DNA from: an uncultured Thermococci archaeon
GTDB lineage: Archaea; Methanobacteriota_B; Thermococci; Thermococcales; Thermococcaceae
Reading direction: 5' to 3'
DNA length: 38,356 bases
Assembly (NCBI GenBank): GCA_964487115.1
Contig: CAZAPD010000033.1
Span: 1 to 38,356, forward strand
Shown here: piece by piece, positions 20,314 to 31,961 of the stretch
How the letters are laid out: the number at the start of each line of letters is the position of its first letter
Position numbering within the stretch: position 1 is the stretch's first letter
Translations under genes and position numbers: made by a program
The notes under the pieces: model-generated
The model's input: only the letters and a program-made list of their open reading frames with translations
Databases searched by the model: none
Told to the model about the DNA's origin: nothing

Positions 20314-20330
20314 GGGGAAAGAGAAAAACC
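20314..20330 (-). terminator. Pyrimidine/oligo-T terminator after taw1
   Basis: Minus strand GGTTTTTCTCTTTCCCC just after the taw1 stop codon. Confidence 0.45.
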
Positions 20331-20341
20331 TTTATCGACAT

Positions 20342-21328
20342 TCAATGTTTTATAAAGCGCTCTTCTTTTGGAACATCGTCCCGCATTATAAGTACAACCC
20401 TGCTCGGTTCATATTCATCCTCCAAATGGTATCCGGGAAGATGTCTGAGAAGTTCTTCCGCAAAGATTTTGATATCCTCATGATTTGGCATGTTGTTTAT
20501 AGTGAGTCTGTTCCGTGAGTATCCCACGAACATATATGCCTTCGCTTCCACGAACATAGGATTGGCAAGTTTAATCAATTCCGCATATTCCCTTGCACCG
20601 TGCATATTTTCCCCTTTAACCAGTGTTAACCTGACCACCGTTCTTGTGGAGAACCCGTTCATCAGTTTTAGGAACTCCCGTATTCTCTCCCAACCTTTGG
20701 GGATCATGGGAACGTTGACGCGATTATAGGTTTCAATATCGGGTGCAGTGAGTGATACGTATAACTGAGTTGGAAGCTTGTCCTCTTTTATCATTTCTTC
20801 GAGTCTCTCAGGGACCGTACCATTGGTAACTATGAAGGTGGTGAAACCTCTCTTATGAAACTCTTCCACGAGATCTCCCATGTATGGATAGAGCATTGGC
20901 TCGCCGGAAAGGCTTATGGCTGCATGTTTCGGATTCCATGCTTCCTCAAATTTTTTCATATTAATCCCTGGCATGCCCTTATAACCCACTATAAGCTTTC
21001 TCTGAGCTTTAATGCTCCCATCAACGATGAAAGCAGGATCATCCCATGGTTCAGGTAGTTCCGTTCCAAGGAAGCCCTCCATCGGACGCCAGCAGAATAT
21101 GCAGTTATGGGTGCACCATGCAGTAACCGGTGTCATTTGGAGACACCGGTGACTCTGTATCCCGTAAAACTTCTGCTTATAGCAGAACCTGTTTCTCTTT
21201 ATGCTTTCCTTGAGCCAATGACAGAGTTTAACAGAGCTGTGATGACCAACGAAAGCGTAATGCTGTTTTTGAAACAGTCTCGCAATCTCTTCCGGCATGT
21301 TTGGATCAGCGACAACTTCAATCGCCAT
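20342..21328 (-). CDS. taw1: 4-demethylwyosine synthase Taw1/TYW1 (radical SAM)
   Basis: HSSVKLCHW, CYKQKFYGI.SHRC.QMTP, CxxxCxxC (CTHNCIFCWR), ISLSGEP and EAKAYM.VG.SR. Confidence 0.95.
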   Translation of the reverse strand: MAIEVVADPNMPEEIARLFQKQHYAFVGHHSSVKLCHWLKESIKRNRFCYKQKFYGIQSHRCLQMTPVTAWCTHNCIFCWRPMEGFLGTELPEPWDDPAFIVDGSIKAQRKLIVGYKGMPGINMKKFEEAWNPKHAAISLSGEPMLYPYMGDLVEEFHKRGFTTFIVTNGTVPERLEEMIKEDKLPTQLYVSLTAPDIETYNRVNVPMIPKGWERIREFLKLMNGFSTRTVVRLTLVKGENMHGAREYAELIKLANPMFVEAKAYMFVGYSRNRLTINNMPNHEDIKIFAEELLRHLPGYHLEDEYEPSRVVLIMRDDVPKEERFIKH

Positions 21329-21442
21329 TAGACTCACCTAATTGAGTGTCTTGTAGACTATTTAAAAATATGTTGGCTTGCCGATTCCACATTAAACAGC
21401 GTGAGCTTAAAAAGAAAAGGAATGTAGTGTTGAAATTAAAAA

Positions 21443-22294
21443 TTAACGTGGAAATATAGACCTATAATGAAACGCACCAATTTTTGGATAACTCTGTGAT
21501 TTGACAACCGGCTGTGGTTTTTTTAAGACCATCACATAACTATTCTGATGTCCAACACTCCATAGCCCACTTTCACCAACCCGAGAGGCTGAAATATCAA
21601 CAGAATAACCATACGTCCCCGATACGGGATACCAGACTTTGAACATAAGTTCTTTTTCGGAATGGGGTGGTATAATAATCTTCCCGTGCCTATGAATGGA
21701 ACCGTAGGTATTTCCTATCGCCGCATCAAACTTATAATGCACAAGAGCAGAAATTGAGTTAGCATTACCCACAATTATCCTCACTGCTAAATTCTTCCCC
21801 TCATAGATGGTCTTATTGCTCCTGACGGAGAATGTTATTCTCCTGTTGCTAAATTCAACGGGAAGAAGTATATCTCTGCCATAATTAAGCTTTAGTCTAT
21901 GTATAGCAGAGCAATACAGGAATGAAGTATCAGTGCATGTTCTATACTGGGCAGAGACAATACCGGCAACATGGACAAGGCCATCCCTATCAACATCATT
22001 GATTTTTGAACTTGTAATTTCCCATATTCTCAAGGTATGGTCCGAGGAGTTCCCGTTTAAGAGTTCAGGTTGGCTCAATACGAAGTTATTGAATCCAGTG
22101 CCGTTAACCTGTATCTTGATATCCTTGAATATGTACGAATCTGTAGGAATCTCTATTTCCAGGGAATAAATGACAGAATTTGAATCGTAATTATCAATAA
22201 AAACATTTATTGCTGGAGAATTCACTGCCTTTGTCTGTGTGGAAAAGGAAAGTGTCATCAGAAGAATGCAGATGAAAACAACCATTTTTCTCAT
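21443..22294 (-). CDS. Hypothetical secreted beta-rich protein (283 aa)
   Basis: RBS GGGGTGA before ATG 22294; signal peptide MRKMVVFICILLMTLSFSTQTKA; the C-terminal half resembles an Ig/CARDB-like strand pattern. Confidence 0.65.
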   Translation of the reverse strand: MRKMVVFICILLMTLSFSTQTKAVNSPAINVFIDNYDSNSVIYSLEIEIPTDSYIFKDIKIQVNGTGFNNFVLSQPELLNGNSSDHTLRIWEITSSKINDVDRDGLVHVAGIVSAQYRTCTDTSFLYCSAIHRLKLNYGRDILLPVEFSNRRITFSVRSNKTIYEGKNLAVRIIVGNANSISALVHYKFDAAIGNTYGSIHRHGKIIIPPHSEKELMFKVWYPVSGTYGYSVDISASRVGESGLWSVGHQNSYVMVLKKPQPVVKSQSYPKIGAFHYRSIFPR

Positions 22295-22555
22295 TCGAAT
22301 CACCCCCATTTTTACGGTATTTAGTATTTTTATTTTTAAATTTTTTGGAGTAACTATGAATGATATTTTATCGCCGAAAAATATTTCGGCAATCGCCAAA
22401 AAGTTTAAAAAGGGTTGTTGAATATGCATATCCATGTTACATGTAAAACCAGCAATAAGCATCAAACACCGCGAATTTAAATTTAATATCCCGGAAGAGG
22501 AGTACGAAACTCCGGAAAAGCCGAGGGTTAGGTTTCTTCAGGAAGTTAAGAGAGT

Positions 22556-23134
22556 TCATTTGGCCTGAGCGGTTATAAGAACTATATCTTCGAAGAACAT
22601 GTGTTTTCTTGCCACAACTTTAGCCCTGAACCCCAAATTTCCGAGTTTCTGTAGTGTCTCCTCAACCCCTGTTATCGAGCTCTGGACAATCTGAATCCTC
22701 CCCCCGGATTTTAAGTATTGTTTTGCCTGAGTAATGAATCTGTCAAGAACTTCCCTGCCCCTTTTTCCACCCACCAGAGCCGCATCAATCAGCTCTTCAG
22801 GCTCACCCGGAAGATAAGGGGCGTTGAATGTTATTAAATTAAATTTCCTGTTTATGTTGTTAAAAAGATCACTCAGACGGAATTCCACATTCCCCATCCC
22901 GTTTAGCCGTGCATTTTCCCTTGCCAGTTTGACAGCTATGGGGTTTATATCAACTCCAAGGACGGATTTCGCTTTCCGTGCCATTAGAAGTGCAATTATT
23001 CCAGTCCCCGTTCCCATATCAAGGGCAATATCCCCTTTTTTAACATCCAGATTCTCAGCGAGGAGAAAAGTATCCTCAGCCGGCTCATATACTTGGGGAT
23101 GAAGTTTGAGTTTAATGCCTTTATAGATGAGCAT
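22556..23134 (-). CDS. HemK2/Mtq2-type (release factor) glutamine methyltransferase
   Basis: VYEPAEDTFLL, motif I LDMGTGTG, DINP.A, NAPY (NPPY-like) and GG..GRE. Confidence 0.9.
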   Translation of the reverse strand: MLIYKGIKLKLHPQVYEPAEDTFLLAENLDVKKGDIALDMGTGTGIIALLMARKAKSVLGVDINPIAVKLARENARLNGMGNVEFRLSDLFNNINRKFNLITFNAPYLPGEPEELIDAALVGGKRGREVLDRFITQAKQYLKSGGRIQIVQSSITGVEETLQKLGNLGFRAKVVARKHMFFEDIVLITAQAK

Positions 23135-23189
23135 AAATGAACACCTCGATATTCTGAAATCCTAAAATCCTGAAAAGAAAGAAGAAGGT

Positions 23190-23834
23190 TCATGCCTCTG
23201 CTCTGGCTTCAATTAAAGCTTTAACCCTCTTTAGCCTGAAGAAGTTTTCTCTTTCCATTTCATCAAGGCGCTGTTTTATGAACTTAACTGTTTCCTCCAT
23301 CCTCGGAATTATGATATATTCCAGTGCATTAACCCTTCTTTTGGTCTTCTCAATTTCGTTTGCAAGCCTCTTCAGTGTCTCCTCGACCTCCGCAAGACGT
23401 ACTGCAAGCTCAAGTACTTCCTCAAATTTTTCTGCTGCTGAATCAACCCGTGGAGAGCTGGAAACAAACGCATATCCCCTCTCATCCGGTCTTCTCTGAA
23501 AGCTCTCAGCCTCTATGAGAGGAACAGGCACTCCCATTATGTTTCTTCTCTTTATCTCGACTTCTTTGTTCGGCTTGATACTCAGACCGATCTCTCTAAG
23601 CTTTAAAATGCCAACATCAATCTCTGCCAAACGCAGTATGTCAAAGGCCTCCACCATCTTGTTGTTCAATTCCTTTCTTAGGTTTAAGGCTTCATCATAA
23701 ATTGTGAAGAACTCCATGATCAGGGCATCCTGTTTATCCTTTAGGAGCTTGTGGCCTTTTTTAGCTAACTGGATTCTCTTCCTGAGTTTTAGGAGTTCCA
23801 TACGAGTAGGTTTGACGTTTAGTATGTTTGGCAT
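23190..23834 (-). CDS. atpD: A1Ao ATP synthase subunit D
   Basis: [25 protein letters not shown] and TKRRVNALE. Confidence 0.96.
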   Translation of the reverse strand: MPNILNVKPTRMELLKLRKRIQLAKKGHKLLKDKQDALIMEFFTIYDEALNLRKELNNKMVEAFDILRLAEIDVGILKLREIGLSIKPNKEVEIKRRNIMGVPVPLIEAESFQRRPDERGYAFVSSSPRVDSAAEKFEEVLELAVRLAEVEETLKRLANEIEKTKRRVNALEYIIIPRMEETVKFIKQRLDEMERENFFRLKRVKALIEARAEA

Positions 23835-23853
23835 TGGGATCACCTAAAGGAGC

Positions 23854-25245
23854 TCAGTGCTCCCTCTTCCTGTACTTCGGGTGATATTTGAGTATATACT
23901 CCTTCCTGACACGCTTGAGCTCGCTCTCAGGAAGTGTTGCTAAAAGTTCCCAGCCGAGGTCGAGGGTTTCCTCGATACTCCTGTCCTCATCATACGCCTG
24001 AGCAACGAATTCTTTCTCGAATCTATCTGCGAACTTGAGATACTTCCTGTCGGTCTCGCTCAGAGCTTCTTCACCGACGACTGCAACGAGGTCTCTCAGA
24101 GAACGTCCCTCAGCATAAGCCGCATAGAGCTGCTGGGCAAGCTGTGGATGCTCTTCCCTCGTCCTCCCCTTCCCTATACCATCCTTCATTAGTCTTGAGA
24201 GTGATGGCAAGACATCAATCGGCGGATAGATACCCTTTCTATGCAGATCTCTGCTGAGAACTATCTGGCCCTCTGTGATGTAGCCAGTTAAATCGGGAAT
24301 CGGATGTGTTATATCATCGTCGGGCATCGTCAGGATGGGCATTTGAGTGATGCTCCCATTCTTTCCTCTAACTCTACCTGCCCTCTCATAGATTGTCGCA
24401 AGGTCTGTATAGAGGTAGCCCGGATAACCTCTTCTCCCCGGAACCTCTTCTCTCGCTGCTGAAATTTCTCTTAAAGCCTCACAATAGTTAGTCATGTCGG
24501 TGAGTATAACTAAGACTTGCATATCGTAGTCGAACGCCAAATATTCAGCAACTGTCAGTGCCATTCTCGGCGTAATTATACGCTCGATGGCTGGGTCGTC
24601 CGCCAAATTCAGGAAAAGCACAGCCCTTTCAATTGCTCCCGTTTCCTCAAAGCTCTTTTTGAAGAAGTTTGCTTCCTCATACGTTATACCCATTGCAGCA
24701 AAGACGACCGCAAACTGCTCCTCCTCACCTAAAACCTTAGCTTGCCTTGCAATCTGTGCTGCGAGCATGTTGTGAGGCAAACCTGAGCCACTGAAGATTG
24801 GTAGCTTCTGTCCTCTGACGAGAGTGTTCATGCCATCTATGGCCGAAACACCTGTCTGAATGAAGTCCCTCGGATAAGCTCTTGCAACTGGATTGAGAGG
24901 GGCACCATGCACATCCCTTCTGTCCTCAGGGATTATCTCAGGCCCACCATCTATAGGCCTTCCTGTCCCATTGAAGACTCTTCCAAGCATGTCCATTGAA
25001 ACAGGAACCTTGAGGGTCTCACCTGTGAAGCGCACGCGGGTTGTTTTAACATCTAAATCACGAGTTCCCTCGAAGACCTGAACTATCGCCATGTCTTCTC
25101 TGGCTTCAAGAACTTGTCCCTTTCTCTTCTCTCCACCTTCGGTTTCTATCTCAACGACTTCACCATAAGCGACGCCTTTAACACCCTGCACGATCATGAG
25201 CGGCCCGTAAATCTTGCTAACGGTTGAATACTCCATTCCCGGCAT
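23854..25245 (-). CDS. atpB: A1Ao ATP synthase subunit B
   Basis: [30 protein letters not shown] and [12 protein letters not shown]. Confidence 0.98.
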   Translation of the reverse strand: MPGMEYSTVSKIYGPLMIVQGVKGVAYGEVVEIETEGGEKRKGQVLEAREDMAIVQVFEGTRDLDVKTTRVRFTGETLKVPVSMDMLGRVFNGTGRPIDGGPEIIPEDRRDVHGAPLNPVARAYPRDFIQTGVSAIDGMNTLVRGQKLPIFSGSGLPHNMLAAQIARQAKVLGEEEQFAVVFAAMGITYEEANFFKKSFEETGAIERAVLFLNLADDPAIERIITPRMALTVAEYLAFDYDMQVLVILTDMTNYCEALREISAAREEVPGRRGYPGYLYTDLATIYERAGRVRGKNGSITQMPILTMPDDDITHPIPDLTGYITEGQIVLSRDLHRKGIYPPIDVLPSLSRLMKDGIGKGRTREEHPQLAQQLYAAYAEGRSLRDLVAVVGEEALSETDRKYLKFADRFEKEFVAQAYDEDRSIEETLDLGWELLATLPESELKRVRKEYILKYHPKYRKREH

Positions 25246-25250
25246 CAGCA

Positions 25251-27008
25251 TCACGCTCCATACTTCCTGAGAAGTTCTTCAAACTGTTCGTTTGTCTCCT
25301 CTATGAGAGCAGCGATCTTCTCAATATCAGGCTCAAACTTCATTCTTCCTATCTTTTCCCTTACAGGAAGTTTTGCTATTTCTTCAACAGGAACTCCCTT
25401 GTCCACGGCTTCCATGGTCTTATCATAGAAGTTGAGCAAAATCCTCATCATTGTGACCTGCTTCTTTGGCGGACAGTATGTGTCGACTTCATCGAAAGCA
25501 TCCTGCTGGAGGTAGTCTTCACGTATCATCCTCGTGACAATAAGCACAGCCCTTTCCTTCTCAGGCAACGCATCCGGCCCGACTATCCTCACGATTTCCT
25601 GGAGTTCCGCCTCCTTCTGGAGTAACCCCATAGCCCTGTCTCTCATGGCCTTCCATTCGGGGTCGACGTTCTGATGCCACCAGTCCTTAATGGCATCTAT
25701 GTAGAGGGAGTAACTTGTAAGCCAGTTGATGGCCGGGAAATGCCTCCTTCTGGCTAAATCAGCGTCAAGAGCCCAGAAGACTTTGACAACCCTCAACGTG
25801 TTCTGAACTACTGGCTCACTGAAATCCCCACCCGGGGGTGAAACTGCTCCGATAACGGAAACACTCCCTATTCTCTCGTCACTTCCAAGTGTCTTAACCC
25901 TTCCAGCTCTCTCATAGAACTCGGCTATTTTGCTCGCAAGGTAAGCAGGATAACCCTCTTCACCGGGCATCTCTTCGAGACGGCCAGAGATTTCACGCAA
26001 TGCCTCAGCCCATCTGCTGGTTGAGTCTGCCATCAGAGCAACATCGTAACCCATGTCACGGAAATATTCGGCTATTGTAATGCCAGTGTAGATTGAAGCT
26101 TCTCTTGCTGCGACCGGCATGTTTGAGGTGTTAGCTATCAAAACAGTTCTCTCCATAAGAGGTTTCCCTGTCTTCGGATCCTTGAGTTTCGGGAACTCCT
26201 CAAGCACATCCGTCATCTCGTTTCCGCGCTCACCGCAACCGATGTAAACCACAACCTGAGCATCACTCCACTTAGCCAGCTGGTGCTGGGTAACCGTCTT
26301 TCCCGAACCAAAGGGGCCCGGAATAGCTGCAGTTCCACCCTTTGCCTGAGCAAAAAATGTGTCTATCGTTCTCTGGCCTGTTATAAGCGGGACCTCTGGT
26401 GGAAGTTTGCTCTTGTATGGCCTTTTCTTTCTAACTGGCCACCTCTGGTACATCTTAACCTCCTGAGTTTCCCCTGTTGGAGTTCTGATCTTCGCTATAG
26501 TCTCTTCAATTGTGTATTCATCCTCATCAGCTATTTCAACTACCTCACCTTCAATCCCCGGCGGAACGAGGATTTTGTGCTCTATTATGCTGGTCTCTGG
26601 AACCACACCGAGTATATCACCGCTAACAACCCTATCCCCAGCATTGATCCTTGGAGTGAAGTGCCACTTCTTGTCCCTCGGCAGTGCAGGAGCAGTAAGT
26701 CCTCTGGCTATAAAGTCACCGCTCTTTTTCCTGAGAATCTCAAGAGGTCTCTGAATACCATCATAGATCGATGTTAGCAGTCCGGGTCCAAGTTCAACAC
26801 TCAGAGAAGCACCTGTTCCAATAACAGGCTCTCCGGGTTTTATACCTGCTGTTTCTTCATAGACCTGAATGACAGCTTTATCTCCCTCAAGCCTGATGAT
26901 TTCCCCAATAAGGCCCATTTCACCGACTTTAACAACCTCATACATCTTGGAACCTTTCATATCATCCGCAACAACCAAAGGCCCCGTAACCCTAATTATC
27001 TTCCCCAT
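25251..27008 (-). CDS. atpA: A1Ao ATP synthase catalytic subunit A (no intein)
   Basis: Walker [31 protein letters not shown] and DSTSRWAEA; 585 aa. Confidence 0.98.
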   Translation of the reverse strand: MGKIIRVTGPLVVADDMKGSKMYEVVKVGEMGLIGEIIRLEGDKAVIQVYEETAGIKPGEPVIGTGASLSVELGPGLLTSIYDGIQRPLEILRKKSGDFIARGLTAPALPRDKKWHFTPRINAGDRVVSGDILGVVPETSIIEHKILVPPGIEGEVVEIADEDEYTIEETIAKIRTPTGETQEVKMYQRWPVRKKRPYKSKLPPEVPLITGQRTIDTFFAQAKGGTAAIPGPFGSGKTVTQHQLAKWSDAQVVVYIGCGERGNEMTDVLEEFPKLKDPKTGKPLMERTVLIANTSNMPVAAREASIYTGITIAEYFRDMGYDVALMADSTSRWAEALREISGRLEEMPGEEGYPAYLASKIAEFYERAGRVKTLGSDERIGSVSVIGAVSPPGGDFSEPVVQNTLRVVKVFWALDADLARRRHFPAINWLTSYSLYIDAIKDWWHQNVDPEWKAMRDRAMGLLQKEAELQEIVRIVGPDALPEKERAVLIVTRMIREDYLQQDAFDEVDTYCPPKKQVTMMRILLNFYDKTMEAVDKGVPVEEIAKLPVREKIGRMKFEPDIEKIAALIEETNEQFEELLRKYGA

Positions 27009-27014
27009 TTTCCT

Positions 27015-27323
27015 TCACCTCTTTAACTCAACACCTATGGCTTTTCTTACAATTTCCCTAAGCTGTTCCTCACCGAAGCGTGAGCCAGTTTTATCAGGGA
27101 TTTGAAGGATTATCGGAAATGCAACTGCAGGAATTTCAATCCTCCGGGCTAATTTTTCTGTTATAAGTATGATACCGACGTCCTGCCTGTCAACGAGCTC
27201 ATTAATCTTGTTCTTAGCTCTCTCCGTGTCAAGCTCACTTTCTCCAAACGCATAGACCTCATGAGCACCCGCAAGTTTAAAACCCAATGCAGTGTCCTTG
27301 TCACCCATGACAACAATTTTCAT
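27015..27323 (-). CDS. atpF: A1Ao ATP synthase subunit F
   Basis: [19 protein letters not shown] ... VRKAIGV. Confidence 0.95.
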   Translation of the reverse strand: MKIVVMGDKDTALGFKLAGAHEVYAFGESELDTERAKNKINELVDRQDVGIILITEKLARRIEIPAVAFPIILQIPDKTGSRFGEEQLREIVRKAIGVELKR

Positions 27324-28429
27324 GCCAGCTCACCTATAATTTCTTTTATCTTCTCAGGGAATATATCATCTTCAATAAGCTTTGCAATAGCTTTGAGCTT
27401 TTTAATTTCAACTTCCTTTTGGAGTATGAAGTTCAACGGTATGGCCACACTTAATGGATAGAATCTGGTTAATTCCTTTAGCCTGTCCCTTATATATCTA
27501 TCAAACTCTCTACCGAGAACTGATAGATCAGTTTCAATTTCTTCTCGGACATTCTTTATTATGCCACCATATTTCGTTGAATCTAACTCAGCTAATGCCA
27601 TACTGAGATCTTCCACATTAAGCAGGGTTTCAAGAATCTTCTTATTTATAGTCCCTCCAGGAATCAAGAAGGACTTAACAACATCAGCTTTTAAATTATG
27701 AGCTTTGGCTCTTAAAATTGTAAGGATATTAAGTTTGTCTATTCTGAGATTAACAAATTCTTCAAGGATTATTTTCTCTTCATCCTTCCTGGAGCTTGCA
27801 TAATCGAGGAGTTTCATATAATGCATTCTGTAAAGCTGGGTCTCAAACTCATCGACACTTATCTCTCCAAGGAGGAGCCTTTGATAGATCTCCTCGTATT
27901 CGGTCCCCTCAAGGATAACTAAAATTTCTTCCATGCTTTTGGCATCTGCCATTGCCTTTATCTTAGGAACCATAGTACCAAGCTCTGTTATATAATTAAC
28001 AGCCGGCTCCCCACTGATTTTAGCCTTAACAATACTCGAAATGTTCCTGATATCCCATTCCTGCAGGAGCAGTTTAAAGAAGGGATTAACCCGTTTAGGT
28101 AAGATTTTAAACATCAAACTGTAAATGTCTGCAAAGGCTGTATCCAGAGCTCTTTCTATTGATTCAGCGTCATAAGAAGGAAGATTCGCTAAATAGTCTT
28201 TATAATCACTATCCTCAAGATTTATTATGAAATTGTTCAGTGTTTTGGATTCTGCAAGCTCGTTGAACTTCTGTTCATTGAAAAGTCTCGCCTCCATAGC
28301 CCTAATCCTGGCGTTTGGATAAGAGTAGGGAGTATATTTCCAGAGGATTCTGGTCGTTTTATATCCCACCCATGCAAATACCAGAGCAAGAGTAGTATCA
28401 AGGATTCCAGTCACAGCAGTTACTTCCAT
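27320..28429 (-). CDS. atpC: A1Ao ATP synthase subunit C
   Basis: [15 protein letters not shown]...I.RAK and E.EI..L; operon position. Confidence 0.93.
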   Translation of the reverse strand: MEVTAVTGILDTTLALVFAWVGYKTTRILWKYTPYSYPNARIRAMEARLFNEQKFNELAESKTLNNFIINLEDSDYKDYLANLPSYDAESIERALDTAFADIYSLMFKILPKRVNPFFKLLLQEWDIRNISSIVKAKISGEPAVNYITELGTMVPKIKAMADAKSMEEILVILEGTEYEEIYQRLLLGEISVDEFETQLYRMHYMKLLDYASSRKDEEKIILEEFVNLRIDKLNILTILRAKAHNLKADVVKSFLIPGGTINKKILETLLNVEDLSMALAELDSTKYGGIIKNVREEIETDLSVLGREFDRYIRDRLKELTRFYPLSVAIPLNFILQKEVEIKKLKAIAKLIEDDIFPEKIKEIIGELA

Positions 28430-28434
28430 CTTGA

Positions 28435-29046
28435 TCACCTAAATAGAACGTTAGCAATTTCAGTCCTAAGTTCACTCCTAAGTCTGTCCATCCTTGCTTC
28501 AAACCTGTTATCCACCCTAACAGTTCTATCAGAATTTTGGATTAGGATTCCACCTATTGTGGCTATCTCATCACCAAGTTTTATCTCAACGTCCCTACCG
28601 ATTTTTTCTATGATTTTGCTCCTGAAATCTTCAAAGTTTTCTCTAATGAGTTCCAGAGTAGCTCTGTTAGAGCTTATGAGAACTTCAGTCTCATTAATTT
28701 CTCTGATCCCCTGTACAGCCAGATCAATCAATATGGGGTAATACTCTTCCTTGGAGAGATTTGAGAGTCTCTCTTTAAGAGCCTTAAGAACCTCCGTAAT
28801 CATTTCTTCTTGGAGAGCGAGTTTTTTCTTTCTTGCTTCAAGGCGAGCATTTGCAATAATTCTCTGTTTCTCAATCTCTGCCTGTGTCTGAGCTTTTCTA
28901 AGTATCCAGTCTGCTTTAGCGTTTGCTCTCTTCTTAGCCTCAGCTTTAATTTTTTCAGCTTCCTCCTTAGCTTGATTCAGGATATAGTTTATCTTCTGCT
29001 CTGCTTCCCTGTTGATCTCCTCAATGATGAGCTTTGCACCTTCCAT
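28435..29046 (-). CDS. atpE: A1Ao ATP synthase subunit E
   Basis: N-terminal coiled coil; C-terminal IGGILI...D....VDNRFEAR. Confidence 0.93.
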   Translation of the reverse strand: MEGAKLIIEEINREAEQKINYILNQAKEEAEKIKAEAKKRANAKADWILRKAQTQAEIEKQRIIANARLEARKKKLALQEEMITEVLKALKERLSNLSKEEYYPILIDLAVQGIREINETEVLISSNRATLELIRENFEDFRSKIIEKIGRDVEIKLGDEIATIGGILIQNSDRTVRVDNRFEARMDRLRSELRTEIANVLFR

Positions 29047-29083
29047 TGTTTCTCCTCCCATTATGGATTAAAGGAGAGCTGGG

Positions 29084-29575
<492 letters not shown>

Positions 29576-29586
29576 TTAACACCTCC

Positions 29587-31575
29587 TTAAGCTTCAAGTT
29601 TTAATTCTAACTCCAATTTTGAGACTTCTCTCTTAGCCCGGAAAGGCTCAAACCTTCTACCTTCACCTGAGTAAAACGTTCCAAAAAATTCAACATAATG
29701 CAGACGGAGAGCATGAACGAAAGCTCCAAGGGCATTTATTGCAGTTGAAAAGAACTGACCACCAATGAACAATACGATTCCAATTGCAATCCCTATGGGA
29801 ACTGATCCTATTTTAACGCCCCATATCATTTGAACAAGGATGTTAACAACCATTGCTATTCCCGAAGTGGCCAAAGCCAATGCCATTAAACGGGCATAGC
29901 TGAGCCAGTTACCCACAAATCCAAAGAAGTCAGAGATAACAAGTAGTGCTGCCAGACCACCGTTCTTGAGCTCACTGAGCACAAAGAGTACAAAACCTGC
30001 ACCGAAGATGCCCTTGGACAGTATCATAAGTTCTGGATAACGTGATGAAATTACAAACAGAACTACTGCAATTATGATGAGCATCCATGAGAGCTGATCT
30101 AAAATTGCGTCCTTCACTTCACCGTTCTTGAGCTTGACTATGAACCCAAGGGTGTATCCTATGAACATGTGTACAAGACCAATTGCAAGTGCTATTTCAA
30201 GAACTGTGAGAGCCTCTCTCATAGTGTCTAAAAGCCGTGGAACATGAAATCCAGCTAAATCAAGTGCATTCCCAAAGTAACTCCCAAACATTATCCCAAG
30301 GGACATCGTGAAAAACGAACTGAATAACAATATGTTTGCAAATCTCCACGTGCCATCCCTGAGGTGTTTATGCCCCTTGATCAAGAGCGCAGCGACGATG
30401 CCTATTATGAGGCCATACATGAAGTCTGTGAGCATAAATCCAAAAAAGAACGAATATGTAAAGGCCATTATCGGTGTCGGGTCAAACTCATTATACTTCG
30501 GAACGCCGAACATCTCTGTGAGCATCTCAAAGGGCTCTATGAACTTCGGATTTTTGAGTTTTATGGGAATTTCATCAAGTTCCTCAGGCTCCGGATCTTT
30601 AATGTTTATATATGCCTTGTTTTCAGTTATCTGTTTTATTCCATTAACAACGTCGGGAACATTTTTCTTTGGAAGCCATCCTGTTAGAGCAAATGTCATG
30701 TTCGTTCTTGCCAAATTGTTTAATATCGTGGCCTTGTCTCTTTCATTCTCCATTAACTCATGGTAGAAGAGGATTTCCTCATAATACTGTTCAGAAAGCC
30801 ATTCTGCTTCTTTTTTAGTTTTTTCAAGCTCTTTTTCCTTCTCTTTAAGTCTCGTGCTGTATCTGTTTATTAACTCCCTCGGAGTGCCTTTGCCTTCAGG
30901 AATCTCAAGACGTTCTAAGGAATGCTTTGCCAAGATTGGATTGGCCTTCTCATAATCCTCCTTAAGGAATACAAAAACTGTGAGATATTTATCTTTGAGT
31001 TCTTTTGAAATACTTACAAATTTCGTGTCAAGAGCTTCCTTTAAGTCTGCCATAAGAGGTTTGTATTTATCCCTTTCAACAAGGCCAACAACAATTTCCA
31101 GCATGTCCGTTGATTTAAGATACTCAACCTCAATGTTTAGGGTTGAAAGGAGCTCCAATATCGCAATGTCGCTCTTTATCCTTTCTATCTCTGTTTGGGT
31201 TGCGTTTAATTTCCCCTCAACTGCCTTTATTTCTGGCTCAACTTTTTCCAGAAATGTTTCCACATCCTTTATCAGTTCTTCAATGCCCCTGTATTTATAT
31301 ACTCTCTTTTTCTTCTCTGGAGGAAAGAAAAATTCTTTAATTCCCCCACCTTTCTCTTTTTTGTGTGCTTTGAGAAAATCAACGAGACGTGAAATGCTTA
31401 TACTATAAGAGGCGGCCTTCCTGTAGAATTCATTGGGCACATCTTTTTGAGCAAGTTTAACATCAACTTCCCTAATCTCAACTGCACCCTTCTCATGGAG
31501 ATAAGTCAGGAGTTTATCTTTATATCGACCAAGGCTAATGAGTTCAATTTTAGCCATTTCTTCAGGTTTAAACAT
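29587..31575 (-). CDS. atpI: A1Ao ATP synthase subunit I (a)
   Basis: P.Y.E.DPTP, FFFG.M..D..YG, LSYARLMALAL and LRLHYVEFF. Confidence 0.96.
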   Translation of the reverse strand: MFKPEEMAKIELISLGRYKDKLLTYLHEKGAVEIREVDVKLAQKDVPNEFYRKAASYSISISRLVDFLKAHKKEKGGGIKEFFFPPEKKKRVYKYRGIEELIKDVETFLEKVEPEIKAVEGKLNATQTEIERIKSDIAILELLSTLNIEVEYLKSTDMLEIVVGLVERDKYKPLMADLKEALDTKFVSISKELKDKYLTVFVFLKEDYEKANPILAKHSLERLEIPEGKGTPRELINRYSTRLKEKEKELEKTKKEAEWLSEQYYEEILFYHELMENERDKATILNNLARTNMTFALTGWLPKKNVPDVVNGIKQITENKAYINIKDPEPEELDEIPIKLKNPKFIEPFEMLTEMFGVPKYNEFDPTPIMAFTYSFFFGFMLTDFMYGLIIGIVAALLIKGHKHLRDGTWRFANILLFSSFFTMSLGIMFGSYFGNALDLAGFHVPRLLDTMREALTVLEIALAIGLVHMFIGYTLGFIVKLKNGEVKDAILDQLSWMLIIIAVVLFVISSRYPELMILSKGIFGAGFVLFVLSELKNGGLAALLVISDFFGFVGNWLSYARLMALALATSGIAMVVNILVQMIWGVKIGSVPIGIAIGIVLFIGGQFFSTAINALGAFVHALRLHYVEFFGTFYSGEGRRFEPFRAKREVSKLELELKLEA

Positions 31576-31576
31576 T

Positions 31577-31888
31577 TTAACTCCCTCTTATGAGCTTTAT
31601 TCCAACAATAATGGCCTTCTCAAAGTTTTCAACTGCCTTGACTCTTAGCTGTTCAAGCTCCTCATCACTTTGTCTGAGAATCATTTGAGCCTCTTTTTCA
31701 CCTTCCTGTCTCTTTTTCTCAATCAGAAGAGTGCCCTCTTTCTCTGCGTTTTCAAGAATCTGTTTTTCGAGAATCTTTGCATCTTCTTTAGCCCTCAAGA
31801 TAATCTGCTTAGCATCTTCTTTGGCTTTCTCAATTCTCTCTTCAGCTGCCTTTTCAGCCTCAACAATCTGTTTGATGACATCCTCCAT
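31577..31888 (-). CDS. atpH: A1Ao ATP synthase peripheral stalk subunit H
   Basis: 103-aa Glu/Lys/Ala coiled coil (MEDVIKQIVEAEK.AEERIEKAKE); first gene of the atp operon. Confidence 0.85.
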   Translation of the reverse strand: MEDVIKQIVEAEKAAEERIEKAKEDAKQIILRAKEDAKILEKQILENAEKEGTLLIEKKRQEGEKEAQMILRQSDEELEQLRVKAVENFEKAIIVGIKLIRGS

Positions 31889-31945
31889 GATGAGCCCCCC
31901 AATGAATGTGAAAATAGATACACCAACTTTGGCTTCCTTAATCAC

Positions 31946-31961
31946 CTTAAATAGTTTATGG
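31946..31961 (-). promoter_or_regulatory. Putative BRE/TATA promoter of the atp operon
   Basis: Minus strand CCATAAAC-TATTTAAG about 58 nt upstream of the atpH ATG. Confidence 0.45.

Noticed and set aside
22295..22465. N-terminal extensions in the ORF track (also 439-495, 9074-9124, 31889-31969)
   Set aside because: Downstream ATGs have better RBSs and/or give signal peptides or family-typical starts; the extensions run through promoter DNA or the neighbouring gene.
23154..23177. Three imperfect 8-bp tandem repeats (CTGAAATC/CTAAAATC/CTGAAAAG) between atpD and hemK2
   Set aside because: Too short and degenerate, with no spacers, so not CRISPR; it adjoins a pyrimidine-rich terminator-like tract.
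26280..26330. Intein at the AtpA P-loop, as found in some Thermococcales
   Set aside because: [13 protein letters not shown] is uninterrupted and the protein has the normal length of 585 aa.
31887..31945. Box C/D sRNA starting at ATGATGA
   Set aside because: There is no CTGA D or D' box at suitable spacing; the sequence is the antisense of the atpH start region.
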